The notes below the pieces were generated by a model, which did no database searches, was not told the DNA's origin, and worked only from the letters and a program-made list of their open reading frames with translations. A stretch of 63,999 nt of DNA, the filler included, from Diploschistes diacapsis (lineage: Eukaryota), in NCBI GenBank assembly GCA_023645945.1. It is 4 parts of 4 records of this genome, joined end to end, with 100 filler letters (N's around TTAATTAATTAA, not from the genome) between each part and the next. Parts side by side here need not be neighbours in the genome. Positions count along the whole stretch, not along the records: positions 1 to 15,999 come from JALAIB010000527.1; 3 more parts are not named here. One strand, given 5' to 3'. Positions 1 to 11,613 of this stretch are shown in pieces. Position 1 is the stretch's first letter. Every line of letters starts with the position of its first letter. A program made the position numbers and the translations under genes.

Positions 1-569
1 GTCTTGAAACGATAACTCGCGATCAAAGTAGGGGTCGAAGGGGGGCGGGGCAAAATGATCAATTCTCAACTTCCAGGGATTTTTCTTGGGGAATAACATG
101 GGGCCGGTTGACGGGTTGCGCCATGACTTGTGTCGGCGCCCGCTCGGTTACCAGAACTCGTTCGATGCACCCCAAGACACATAGCATCGCGTTCGTCCCG
201 CAGCAGCAGCAGCAGCAGCAGCGTCGGGCGATCTGGGGTGAGTAGGGTCCCAACCCGTAGTAGCAGGATGTCGTGTGCGCGACGCTGGGGTCCTTTCTTC
301 GCCCAGGCCGCCTCAAGCAAGTTGCGTGGCCCGCGCGCGTGGCTAAAAGAACGGGTCATAGTGCCGCAAAGATTCATATACGGCTGGGTGAATAAGGAAC
401 GGAGCGCGTTGAGGACGGTGTCTTTGGAGGGTCCAAGAGCGCCAAAGGAGTAATAGCAATATGTGTAGACTATAATTATAAGACTATTTAAGGAAATCGT
501 GGGGAATATTCTAAAAAAAAGCCCTTCCCCTACGTTCAACTCACTTTGACCCGTCGATAACTCCTACTT

Positions 570-1399
570 GTCATTCCCACTCTGCCGGCTCTCGGCTCTT
601 GTAGCTCTCCAAGTCACTAGCAATGTATTCTGCGTTCTGGTCCAGTGTGGTCTCATAATGGCGGGCATCCATGACGCATAAAAGCCTCTTCCCGATCAAA
701 AGGGATGTACTTTATCCAGGAATCTTGCCATGATGGTGGAGTCGCGGCATTTGCCATCAGTTCCCATGCAAAGCTTTCGTAGGTACATTGAAGTCTGAGG
801 ACTCAAGGGTCATGGTGCTTGGGCAAAGCATGGACCAGTCGAGCGTGTTCGTTGGGAGAGATTCGAGAACTTGAGGTTTTGGCGGTGTCCGAGGTATATG
901 TGAACACTGCGGGCTCTTAGTATTCAGAGTCGATGAGTAGATACAAACGGTGTGCATGAGGTGAGAATGCTATTGTGACTGCACTTACTAGTTCGAGAGC
1001 ATCGATTCCAATCCCGGGTAGTATAATACTCCCATACCAGCCAAGAACCAAGCTCTCAACGGTTTCTTTCTTCCCAATCCCGCTTCTTGTAAAGCGTCCA
1101 GGACTGCGTGAAATAGTGCAGGCAGTTCACTTCCCCCCCCCCCAAGGAGGTAAGGCTGCTAAACCGGCGGTATTAACAACAGCATCACAGCTGGCATCCA
1201 AGATGGGCCCTCTTGATTGAGACTGGATCCGTGGCATCGCCCTGAACAACGGCGATTGGTGGTATACAGATGTTGGAAGGAGAGACTCAAGTTTGTTCGG
1301 AGACCGGAGGAACGCAACAACGCTATGGCCATGTGTGAGGAGCGCTGCGACGAGGCGAATACCCAGATCACCGGTTGCTCCAATAAGAAGGACCTTCAT
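570..1399 (-). pseudogene. NAD(P)H-binding Rossmann-fold (NmrA/flavin-reductase-like) oxidoreductase, frameshifted
   Basis: Starts MKVLLIGATGDLG (GxxGxxG). The conserved-looking path (…VVQGDATDPVSIKRAILDASCDAVVNTAG…ELPALFHAVLDAL…LDWSMLCPSTM…) needs several frameshifts, one in a C-run near 1133-1143. The 3' end is approximate. Confidence 0.65.
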
Positions 1400-1571
1400 G
1401 GTTGCCGGTTAGTTGCACTGGCTGTAATGAAAGCGCCGGGTTTCCTGGTATACATCCGGAGTCGAGTTGCGCCGCGATCAAAGCAACATTGAATGCATTT
1501 GTATATGTGTGGCTGGCCTCCTGCCACTGTGATGTTGGCGTCGGTTTTGTGCTACTACTGGACGAGCCAAT

Positions 1572-2040
1572 ATGTCTCAGTGGGTAGATAAAGCCGTGTT
1601 CTCTACTGATCCATTCTCAAAGGATGCACGTTTGTCATTTCTCTGCTGAGGTTTTGCATCGCTCAATGTATCCTCACAGTCCTCCCACGCGGCATACTAT
1701 GTTTGCAACTCAGATGACGCTTGCCCACAATGGCATTCTCCAAGGGTTGAAATCCATCTACCTCCAAGCGACGCACATACCGCGCGAAGACCTGGGCGCG
1801 ATTCGAGACTTTCTGACATATTGCCAATGCTGGTGTGAATCCATGCACTACCACCACGACGCCGAAGAAAAGGATTTCTTCCCGAGCATAGAGCTGATAT
1901 CAGATGTCCGAGGAATCATGAAACGCAATATAGAGCAACACCGAGCATTCACGCCGGGATTTGATCTATTTCAGGAGTGCTCTCGCACTTGTCTTCCCAA
2001 GACTATGATGGACGAAAGATCAGGAGCCTCATCGAATCGC
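1572..2040 (+). pseudogene. Hemerythrin/HHE cation-binding domain protein, frameshifted and truncated
   Basis: ATQMTLAHNGIL…CWCESMHYHHDAEEKDFFPSIE…NIEQHRAFTPGF carries the His/Glu ligand pattern. A frameshift at ~2000 leads into DYDGRKIRSLIES, after which similarity is lost. Confidence 0.65.
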
Positions 2041-4338
2041 CCCCCTCGTGTTTGGAACCTCAGACAGGAGCTTCAAAGGCGGCGTGCACGACTTCCCGTC
2101 TGTACCATTTTTCGTGCCTTAAGTTATTCACTACTGCTTTGCTAAGCGACATCGTGGCGCCTGGCGATTCGATCCGTGCACTATTTAGAGGGATCCCAGA
2201 GAATTGGCCTTCAAAAGTGTAGGCACAATGCCTTGATTGCACTCCACACGAGACCGGGAGGCACTGCAATTGACTGTTCTCAAGACTGCACGATTTAGCT
2301 CGACATGAGGATACCATTCACAACAATCAAAAGAGAAAACTGGTCTGCGATCTCTGCGTGAAAGGTACATCATTCTCGCGCAATGATGCTCTAACAAGAC
2401 ATATTCGGGTAGTTTATCCTAACGTTGGATCCACAAAGAGGCCGAAGAAAGCGTACCAGCGAAAGATAGGTTTGAACACATGCTTGATAAACAGGTTTGG
2501 GGCGCTAGCATAGTGATTTTCAGGTAGTTTCCATGAAGAGCCTTCTGCGATGAAATTCGCCCTCAGCATTTCTCTCCGGGAATGGCTTGACGACAACTGA
2601 CAAGTCTCCTATCTATTCTTAGTAACGCCTCTAGCATTGATCTCTCCCCACCGAGTCGGGGGAGCAAGGTGCATGCCTTTTGATTGGAGTGTGACGCGCT
2701 TTCCGTGAAGAGCACAGAGATTGAGATTCACATCTTCGAACAGCCTGACTAGGTATGCTTCGACAGCTTCTTGCAACGCCCCGGGTCGCAGAGAATGGAG
2801 ATCGAAGGGTCTGGCTGGAAGTCTTGGGCAAGCTCTCGAATTAATGAAATAGAAGTTTGCGTATCAGCGTCTCTGTGGATTTCGGATACTTCCGGATCTC
2901 GCGTAAGCTACGGTGCCGGATGTTGTCATATCAGCTGCACCGGCTCGCTAAATAACGTCGTGGACGACATATTTTATTTTAGAATCAAGTATTTCAGAAG
3001 TATTTTCCTTGCAGACGTACCAGGCTGGGAGCACGCCGTGATCCAGTGCAGGCCTTTTGGACACTCCATTCGGGCTCAACGACGCAGGTCTAGATTCGGA
3101 CGACATCCGATTGGACACGAGCTGGAGCCGCGACACCACGGACGGCCTGGACGTGAACAGCCGCGACACCATGGACGGACCACGCGTAGCTGACCTGCAC
3201 CAATGTGGGCAGGCAAAATCTCCCGCAGTGCGCGGCGGCGTGCTGCCAGATCCTGACGACGCGGGAACGGCACATCGAGCAGGAGGAGGTGCACGCACTG
3301 GACCTGATGGGTAGGCAGCATCAACAGCTCCGCCGAGACCGTCTCGCAGCTGGCGAAAGCTGCAGCGCAACCACCGAAGCGGCCGGTGCCTCCACTTGTT
3401 CCTGCCCATCATGAAGCAAGTCACCGGCCTGGCTGCGGCGGCGGCGGCACAGAGGCGGGCCGCACCCGTGGGCAATCGCAGCATGGAGGCATGCTTTCGC
3501 TCGGCTTCGGCAAACGTCCCCTGACCAGGGGCGCATGGCGCGTTGGGAAGTGTCATTGGGCGTGTGGCTGTGGCACGCGGGTGGAGAAGGAAGCGACGGG
3601 CTTCCCCGCACCGGCCATATCTCAGCGTCATGTGCCAGCAATCTCGCCACACCCGAGCCCAACCCAAGCCAAGCCACGAGACAGACAGACGGAACGCAAC
3701 GCAACGGAACGGAACGGAGGTTCACGACAAGAAGACAGAAAGATCATTCCGTCGATCGTACATTGCGAAATGAGGCCCCCCTGACGGCGGGGTACGGGTG
3801 ACTTTCTGCCCAAGCGATCAGTAAGCAGCCTTGAGCCGTCCCCCTGAGTAGCCCTGAGATAGGGCGGAGGGGAGCACGGAGTTGAGCATGTCTAGGGTAA
3901 GGGTTTTCCTTGGTTTTGGGGGTCCCCTCAGCTTCCGAGTCCCCTGTTTTCAAGATTTATCTCGCGTGTAGATCGGTATGGATTCTGGCTGGACGGATGA
4001 TGTGGAAGGGGGATAACGGTGATGGAGGATGGTGGAGGGTTGGAGGGTTGTATCGGATGGGCAGGGAAAAGCGCTACGGGATAGGTTTGTTGGGCCAGGA
4101 AGGATAGATGGGGGGCAGGGCCGGGCTGGGGTGGATGGATAGATACTGTACGTAGAGGGCCAGTAGCCGGAAATGCAAATGGAAGTGGTATATTGACTGA
4201 TAAACACGAGGTTGTTACTTTTCTCTGGCAAGTTTGTTTTCCTCCTTAACATGGTTATTGCCCCTCTGGTCACAGTAAATCATTGAAGAGCAAAATATCT
4301 CTGACAACTGGCCCGATACAGATTTCGGAGGCAAAGAA

Positions 4339-5674
4339 TCACGCCCACTTGCCCAAAAGAGCCATCAGCCCTATATTAGGTTTAGCAAGTCACATCCAAG
4401 ACAACCATCCCGGAACAATCGCTTACCAGCGCCAAGACACATGACCCCGAAAGCCGTCAGCATTTTCCTCAGCGACGCCTTCCGCATCGTCTCGCTGAAC
4501 ATGAATTCGTGGGCCATCAGCTCCACGAGTCCCGTGTAGATGAGGATCCCTGCACTGATGCTGTCAAACACGCCGTTGACGATCAAGCTGGTCTGGGTCC
4601 CGGGAAGATACGTCTCTCTGATGCCTAGTCCAACGGCTATTGCGATAGGCGTGCTTAACGAGTAACCGGCGCCGAGAATATAGGGCGTCCATCTTCGGTT
4701 TCTTGGCCAGGGCGCGTTTGCAAGACGGGCGCCAAGACCGAGGCCTTCGAAAGTCTGGTGGAAGACGATGACAACGTACAAGGTCTGGAATTCTGCGCCG
4801 GTAACAGCAAGTGTCAAGCCGACGAAGATGGAGTGGAAGATGACGCCAAACTCTAGAATGAAAATGGCCGTCATCTGCGCCGTGTAGTCTTCAATCGAAC
4901 CTGGGTGATTACGGTGAGCCTCCTCGTCGAGATCGGCGTGTTCGCGCGAATGGCCAAGATGGTCAACGCCGCGGGCGTGGGTCGACTGTGCGATACTATT
5001 TTCTGGAGAGCGAGGCTGCAAATCAGCGGCCTTGGCTCGGACCTCGACGTCGCTGCGATTGGGAGAGGCGACGCTCGCCAACTGCGTGGAATGCTCGTCG
5101 TCGTGATCGTCGTGGCCTGAAAGATCAAAGACACCATAGCGCATAGCCAGGAGCTCTATAAGGAAAAGGACAAAGACGGTCATGAGGGCGATGCCTTCGG
5201 CCCAGTCATACTCCGTTATGGGGCCGGTAAGGCAGGGATCCGTGAGAGCGTCGGCAGCGGGAGCGAGGAGCTGAGAAACATCAGCAAAGGAAAATTGTCG
5301 GAAGCGCTGCTGGAGCATACGTGTATGAAGGCCGTGGCCACGATCACACCGGAACCAAAGTATTTTGCAATGAAAAAGGGCCAGTCCGGTATCCTGACGC
5401 CCCTGTTGCGTCGGGACCAGACGGGGAACACGGTACCTAACAGAGGATGAGCAGATGGTCCAAAGCTTGGCATGAACTGCCACATACCGAGCAACGATCC
5501 GACGAGGATAACGAAGATGGCCGAAATTCGGACGTTCAGCATCCCATTATATTCGTTTCCTCCGTCACAGGTCGGCTGCGAGTCGGCAGCACTGGCGGTC
5601 GTGGAGGCAGCTGCAGCCGCGGTAGCAACAGCAGTTGCAACAGCCGTCGAGGCTACATTCCCCACGTTGGCCAT
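4339..5674 (-). CDS. ZIP-family zinc transporter (Zrt1/Zrt2, ZrfA/ZrfB-like), 3 introns
   Basis: Motifs RISAIFVILVGS, KYFGSGVIVATAFIH, ILEFGVIFHSIFVGLTL, HQTFEGLGLG, a His-rich loop (GHDDHDDEH, DHLGHSREH) and C-terminus GLMALLGKWA*. GT..AG introns join the ORF fragments. Confidence 0.95.
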
Positions 5675-5969
5675 AAGCGAAGATTGGGGCGTCAGCGATA
5701 TCCTTGACGCTTCTTTGTCAGGCAGCCGGGTATGCGAAGATAGAGTTTTTCGAGCCTGCAAGTTAGACAGGGGAACAAAGAGAGGTTGAGGCGGCCTAAT
5801 GGGAACTTGGCGGACGCGTGATATATGTATGTAGCCGCAGATGGTAGGCGGTAAAAGCGAGCGAGACGTACAAGTGCCCAACACTCGAGAATGAAACACC
5901 GTGTGAAGAGTGATTATTTATTATTGGTGGATTAGTAGGAGTGGTGGCAGCGAAGTGAGATTTGTGCGG

Positions 5970-6335
5970 TGAGTACCCTTTCCCTATCTATCCCGCCACT
6001 TCTTCCGTTCTCTAGTTCAGGCCAAACACAATCGAAAGATCGAGGGAGGAGAGCAATTCGGTCACGAAGAATCATAATCCTTGAACCCAGTCACTTTCTC
6101 TACTATCTCCAATAGTATAAGCCTTCGCTCCCATAATCAGAATGTCCAATGTCCTTTATTGGAGGAACTTCTGACTCTTGGGGAGAGGGGAGCATATAGC
6201 ATATGCGCCCCATTTGAGGCTAGTCGTGGTTGGTCTTTGGTCTGGGTTTAGCGAGAGAGAGAGAGAGAGAGTGGAAAATCAGTCCAGCCAATCAAAGGCC
6301 GAGCCAAGATTTAATAGCGAGGAATGAGTACCCTT
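5970..6335 (-). promoter_or_regulatory. Two copies of an 11-mer (AAGGGTACTCA on the coding strand) upstream of the ZIP gene; candidate zinc-responsive (ZafA/Zap1-type) sites
   Basis: TGAGTACCCTT occurs at 5970-5980 and 6325-6335. It is one mismatch from the CARGGTVYYY core I recall for ZafA sites. Confidence 0.35.
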
Positions 6336-6408
6336 CCCGTCCAAGCTTTCAGTTGGAAGCACGTGCTGCGGCTGCTGCTGACAAAGCCATATGTCCCTAC
6401 ATATAACA

Positions 6409-6583
6409 ACGGATCACCCCACAAAGCGGTTCACAATCCCTGCACCTTCGTATAATGTAGTTGAAAACAGATTTAGCTTCGTACAAATAATTTTATGTGT
6501 GGTTGTGGGGCTCAAAAGCTCGCTTAAAACTATCTACCGCAATTACATTATAATGTAGTGAACCGCTTTGTGGGGTGATCCGT
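6409..6583. mobile_element. MITE (non-autonomous TIR element, probably Tc1/mariner-pogo/Fot1 type)
   Basis: Perfect inverted repeat AACGGATCACCCCACAAAGCGGTTCAC at 6408-6434 and 6558-6584, with an inner imperfect inverted repeat (tataatgtagttg / caattacattata). Flanks are CA (left) and TA (right), consistent with a TA target duplication carrying one change. No ORF. Confidence 0.8.
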
Positions 6584-6606
6584 TATGTGGTGGAACACGT
6601 TATATA

Positions 6607-6639
6607 CATACAGCATACAGCATACAGCATACAGCATAC
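6607..6639. repeat. (CATACAG)n heptamer tandem repeat
   Basis: About 4.5 tandem copies immediately right of the MITE. Confidence 0.85.
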
Positions 6640-7173
6640 CCGACAACTCAAATGCAACTCTGGACGGAGAAGAAGTCTCCGTTTGATGTTCAGCATTGAA
6701 AAAAACCAGTCCTCAAAGTATACGCACGTGGAAGATTAGATTTTCCCCGGGCATGGATGATCCCTGGTGCGAGCTGTTTGCCCTGCCTGGCCTCGTGCAA
6801 CCAACCACCCACCAAAGCCGAGGGACGGGACCAGCCTAGGGGGAGCGCTCTTCGAACGTCGTGCGCCATGATCACAGTGGAGAAACACATATTATTTGGA
6901 AAGCTTCATAGTCTAGTGTATGATTGAACATGGTAAATAGTCTATCCATAATATATAGTATCCATTTACAGTATGCCTGCCAGGCGTTCAATAGGTACAG
7001 GGCATACCAGTCCTTTCACATGCTTTCGTGACCATCCTTCATCCCTCATCGGCAGTCCAAGTCTTGACGACGCCGTAGCTATGCAACACCCAAGGCCAAA
7101 ATTCCCACTCTTCCCTGGCACCAAGCGCTTTTCCCAAGGGCGGTCGGGGCCCCAGGTTGCGTGTCTCATGTCC

Positions 7174-10100
7174 CTAGTATTTCATCTCATCGAAATCCTC
7201 CCTCCGAATCCCGCTCCTCTCGCACATGCCCCGGAAGATGCCACCCTCCTCCCAAAGCTTGAGTGGCTCGTCGAGCTCGGCAATGCGTCCGGCATCCATA
7301 ACGCAGATCCTATCGTACCCTATGATAGTCTTCAACCGATGCGCGATGCAGAGCAGTGTCCTTCCTTTGAACGCCGTGGCGATGGTTCGCTGGATCTTCT
7401 GGTCCGTTTCCATGTCGACCGACGACGTCGCCTCGTCGCACACGATGATCTGGCAGTTTCTGACCAGGGCACGGGCGAGGGCCATGAGCTGGCGCTGACC
7501 GAGGGAATAGTTGAGCCCTTCTTCCTCCACCAAGCCGTCCAGGTGGATTCTCGACGTTGCAGCGCCGTCTTCCATCTTTGCTTCTTGTCCGACGAGATCC
7601 GCCTGCCGCAGCGCCGACCACAACTCGGTGTCGTTGTGCTGGTTGAAGGGATCAAGATTCGAGCGGATCGTGCCCTTGAAGAGCGTCGGATCTTGCGGGA
7701 TGATGGCCAAACGCGACCGCAGGTCTTCCAAACCGATCTTGGCGATGTCGATGCCGTCAATGGTAATGCTGCCGTTTGAAAGCTCTGTCAGCCGGAACAA
7801 GGTCGACATAATCGACGACTTGCCGGCGCCTGTGCGTCCGACTATGCCGATACGCTCGCCGCCCGCTACATGCATATCGAAACCTTGGAGTACGAGAGGA
7901 AGGTTCTCCCGATATCGCATCTGCGCGTCGTTGAAGTCGATCTGCCCACGCTCTGGCCACTTCTCAGGGACCGGTGCCATGTGCAAAGGAGCTTCCTCTT
8001 CTAGGGCGGTACCATAGTAATAGATGCGCTCCGTTGAGTTCATCGCATTTTCAACTTCCGACAGCTGTCGTACGGAGAACTGCATCATCTGCACGATTGA
8101 GAGTATGTACGACAGGACGAGGCCAGATATACTTGGTGACACATCGAAACGTGAAGTGACCACTAGAAGTCCTGTAACGAAAACAAGCAGATTGCCAATT
8201 GCATCGAGTCTCAAGCTGAGCCAACGTTGGTTAGAAAAGGTCAGATAATAAGCGCTGTTCATGTCGTCCGTGACGTTACGCATGTCCTGTATGAAATGAT
8301 TCGCAAGGCCGTAGGCCCGGATACTGGCAACCCCTGAGATGCCTTCGCTGAACCTGGCAAACACAAAAGACCGCTTGATGGCTTCGATTCTCTTGACTTC
8401 GCGTGCCGAAGCTCTGTAGTAGTTTGCTGAAAATACAAACACCACTAGGAGAGGCCCAAGAGCGATGGCAAAGTAATGAAAGTAAACGATTATAAGGGCA
8501 AAGACAGCGACGATCATGGCAATGGTCAAGGTGAACATGCGAATCGCATCCGTCAGGCTGTTGTCCATGATGTCCACGTCCTTTGAGAAACGGTTGATGA
8601 TACGTCCCAGAGGAGTAGTATCAAAGAAAGACATTGGCGCTCTCAGCACGCGTCTCATGGCGTCTCGAAGCATAATTCGACTAGCTTTAGTGCCACCGAT
8701 TGCAACAGATACCGAGAAGGTGAACATCAGCACTGACTGTAAAACGCCCAGTGCTGCGTAAACGCCAATGTACAATCCGGTCGAGAGGCCAAAGGTGCCA
8801 GAAGTCCAGTAAGAAAGCCACAGACTCGTAGCAATGTTCGCGCATTGTGACAAAATCAAGAAGAGTATCACAAATGGGCCATTAAAGAGGGTCCCGGAAG
8901 CACGCAGATACGCACCATAAACGCTCCACGAAACACTGTTCACAGTTCGTTCTTCCTGCGTCATCAGCGCAGCCGCCTTCTTGGCCTTCTTCTTCCTTCG
9001 GATATCTGTTTTCTCAGCCTCCCGCTCGTCTCCGTCTTCCTCGACCTTTTCCTTTTCTTCTTCCTTTTCCTCTTGTGCGGTTTGGGACATCATGGTTTGG
9101 AATAATCCATCGTTAGCCATTAGGTTCTCAAACGTGTCGATGGTACGGATAACTCCATCATCGAGCACAACAATGCGATCGCAACGGCTTAGAACATGCA
9201 GTTGATGGGTAGCGAGGACCCTGCACTTCCCTTTCAAGACACCGCATATAGCTTTATCGAAGATATGGCGTCCAACATGAGCATCAACGGCCGACAATGG
9301 GTCATCCATTAGGACGAGGTCGCTGTTGTGGTAAATGGCCCGGGCAATGTTGAGCCGCTGCTTCTGACCGCCACTGAGAGTGATACCTCGTTCACCAATT
9401 TCTGTCAGATCGCCAGCGGGCAGCATCTCCAGGTCAGCACGCAGCGCACAAGCATCAACCACTTGATTGTACCGTTCTCTATCCCACTTCTGCCCAAACA
9501 GAATGTTCTCTTTAACTGTAGTATTTTGTATCCATGCGTATTGCGGACAGAAAGCTCTTGATGCGCCCATGGTGACGCTTCCTTCAGTCATTCTCATGTC
9601 TCCCGCGAGAGCTGCTAGCAAAGAACTTTTCCCCGATCCTACTGTTCCAATAACCGCAATCAGTTCGTCGCGTGCTACCGACAGCTCGATACCTCGTAGG
9701 CGGAATGGTTCTGTTTGTTGTGGTTTTTCCGAAGCTCCCCTCATTGTAGTTTTTGCAGTGGCCTCAGCAACCATGGTCGAGTCCGAAGACCTCTTGTTCC
9801 ACATTGAAAGTCGCTTACTCCATCTACGACTATCTCGTTTCGGGCCTTGTTGGTCTTTACCATCAGGCCTTTTTTCACCTTTCCCAGTCTCCGGAGCCTG
9901 GGTAGCGGAGCTCTCCTCCCACGTAAAAGTGGCATTCGAAATCACAATGGCTCGCTCGCTTTCCATGTCCCAAGTAATTTGGTCTTGCTGTTCTTCGGCG
10001 AGCAAGAAGTCTTGGATACGGCCCATTGCAGCCCAAGCATCTGTAATTTGGCCAATGACCATGGGTAGCAGGTTCAGTGGCATGCGGAGAGAGTTGAACA

Positions 10101-11613
10101 GAGCCAACGAGGAGAAGACTTCCGCCGGGTTGAGCGCGTGGTTGGTCAAGTCGTAGGTGATAAAAGAGAGCATCGAGGCAAAGATGGGCAACGACATTGA
10201 AACAGCTAGAATCGCATTCCTCATGGAGAGAACGATCTGAATGGCGGACACTTCTCGCTTCCTGATCTCGTTGATGCGGTGCAGGAAACTGCTTTCCCAT
10301 CCAAAGAATTTAACGAATCGAACCGATTGTAGTACTTCCGAAGTTAAGGATACGCGCTGGTCGGTGATTTTGCTGATTGCTCGTCTTCGGAGCAAGAGCT
10401 TTTTGATAGCCTTCGTGAGGAGAGGCATGCCGATGACAAGCAACGCGAACCCGGCCAGAGCTGAGTACGTCAGATTAATCAAGAGCACGACGAGCGTGAT
10501 GATAGCGGAAAATGGAGCCGTCCAAATCAAGTGAAACATGCCACTTGCTTCGTAAATCCGATACGTATCGGTAGACATCATGTTGACAATGCGGCCATTA
10601 GGATAACCAACTCGGTCTGCTGCCGGTCCTGAACCACGCTGACCGCTGGCTTTTGCATTCGTCGCCAACAGCTTTTCGATCAAGTTTTGCTTAACTCTCT
10701 TGAGATCTTCTTTCCTCCTCTCGTCTTCAGCTTCTTGTTCAGGGCTCTTCCCCCCTGCTCTTGCACGGCCTGAGACTTTCAGAGCCTTTTCGAAGATGAT
10801 GGTGATCAGGACGGCTCGGATCTGAGCTCCCACCATGAAGCCTCGATAGATGAAATGGGAAGTGCCGATGCTTTGGAGGATCTGCATGACCAACACCCCA
10901 AACACTAGGCCCAAACCAGTTCCAAGCCCCGGCCCTTGGCCGGCGTATGCTTCTTCGGCAAAGCTGATGAGGTACCTCAGAGTGAACGGGGAGAGAACTT
11001 GAAAGATGGACGACATGAGGGAGCACAGACCCCCTAGAATGAATTCCCATCTGACCATATCGTAGCAGGCGAAAATAAGCGGATACTTGTCCCCACGAGC
11101 ACGGCGCATCTCAAAGGACTCCTTCATCCTCTCAGCCAGCACGTCCGTACCCCTATCCGGATTTACGAGGTAAATATCGTTCATCTCCAAGGGTCTGCGG
11201 TACCCAGTTGTCATGAGCGGTCCCATCCAGTAGAAAGTGAGGACGCTCCAGAATCCGGCATAATACTCTGGAGAGACTGTACGCTCTGTCGGCACCTGAG
11301 GGTCTTTGCCCCATTTCAAAGGATTCAAACGTTTGTACCATGGCTTTCTGGACTTCTCTAAGGTGCTTAAGGGGGCGTCCGTTGAGAGCGCGGACAGGCC
11401 CGTGGATGTAGTAAGCGTCCGGTGTACATTCGGTCTACTCTGTTTATCATCTGAGGCATGGTCGGATGCTTTCTCAGGATCCAGCTCGTCGGACAACGAG
11501 GCCGACCCGGAAGACGCATACTCCAAGGGCTGTGTCGGGAACTGCTTGGCTGCATCGTCGAGAGCCCTCTCGACATCCTTCTCGGATGACCGTTCGGGGT
11601 CGTTGGCAGCCAT
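7174..11613 (-). CDS. ABCC/MRP-type multidrug ABC exporter, Yor1-like, apparently intronless
   Basis: TMD-NBD-TMD-NBD layout. NBD1: GTVGSGKSS, LSGGQKQR, degenerate Walker B LMDDP. NBD2: GRTGAGKSS, YSLGQRQ, VCDEAT. Likely ATG is at MAANDPERS (11613). Confidence 0.95.
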   Translation of the reverse strand: MAANDPERSSEKDVERALDDAAKQFPTQPLEYASSGSASLSDELDPEKASDHASDDKQSRPNVHRTLTTSTGLSALSTDAPLSTLEKSRKPWYKRLNPLKWGKDPQVPTERTVSPEYYAGFWSVLTFYWMGPLMTTGYRRPLEMNDIYLVNPDRGTDVLAERMKESFEMRRARGDKYPLIFACYDMVRWEFILGGLCSLMSSIFQVLSPFTLRYLISFAEEAYAGQGPGLGTGLGLVFGVLVMQILQSIGTSHFIYRGFMVGAQIRAVLITIIFEKALKVSGRARAGGKSPEQEAEDERRKEDLKRVKQNLIEKLLATNAKASGQRGSGPAADRVGYPNGRIVNMMSTDTYRIYEASGMFHLIWTAPFSAIITLVVLLINLTYSALAGFALLVIGMPLLTKAIKKLLLRRRAISKITDQRVSLTSEVLQSVRFVKFFGWESSFLHRINEIRKREVSAIQIVLSMRNAILAVSMSLPIFASMLSFITYDLTNHALNPAEVFSSLALFNSLRMPLNLLPMVIGQITDAWAAMGRIQDFLLAEEQQDQITWDMESERAIVISNATFTWEESSATQAPETGKGEKRPDGKDQQGPKRDSRRWSKRLSMWNKRSSDSTMVAEATAKTTMRGASEKPQQTEPFRLRGIELSVARDELIAVIGTVGSGKSSLLAALAGDMRMTEGSVTMGASRAFCPQYAWIQNTTVKENILFGQKWDRERYNQVVDACALRADLEMLPAGDLTEIGERGITLSGGQKQRLNIARAIYHNSDLVLMDDPLSAVDAHVGRHIFDKAICGVLKGKCRVLATHQLHVLSRCDRIVVLDDGVIRTIDTFENLMANDGLFQTMMSQTAQEEKEEEKEKVEEDGDEREAEKTDIRRKKKAKKAAALMTQEERTVNSVSWSVYGAYLRASGTLFNGPFVILFLILSQCANIATSLWLSYWTSGTFGLSTGLYIGVYAALGVLQSVLMFTFSVSVAIGGTKASRIMLRDAMRRVLRAPMSFFDTTPLGRIINRFSKDVDIMDNSLTDAIRMFTLTIAMIVAVFALIIVYFHYFAIALGPLLVVFVFSANYYRASAREVKRIEAIKRSFVFARFSEGISGVASIRAYGLANHFIQDMRNVTDDMNSAYYLTFSNQRWLSLRLDAIGNLLVFVTGLLVVTSRFDVSPSISGLVLSYILSIVQMMQFSVRQLSEVENAMNSTERIYYYGTALEEEAPLHMAPVPEKWPERGQIDFNDAQMRYRENLPLVLQGFDMHVAGGERIGIVGRTGAGKSSIMSTLFRLTELSNGSITIDGIDIAKIGLEDLRSRLAIIPQDPTLFKGTIRSNLDPFNQHNDTELWSALRQADLVGQEAKMEDGAATSRIHLDGLVEEEGLNYSLGQRQLMALARALVRNCQIIVCDEATSSVDMETDQKIQRTIATAFKGRTLLCIAHRLKTIIGYDRICVMDAGRIAELDEPLKLWEEGGIFRGMCERSGIRREDFDEMKY

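Noticed and set aside
59..539. ORFs with poly-Cys, poly-Leu or poly-Ser tracts
   Set aside because: The tracts come from a (CAG)7 microsatellite at ~201-221; there is no other coding evidence.
2771..3813. Overlapping GC-rich ORFs with a short 33-bp-period direct repeat (~3127-3180)
   Set aside because: No recognisable domain or consistent frame. ORF density is explained by high GC content, so I cannot support a gene call.
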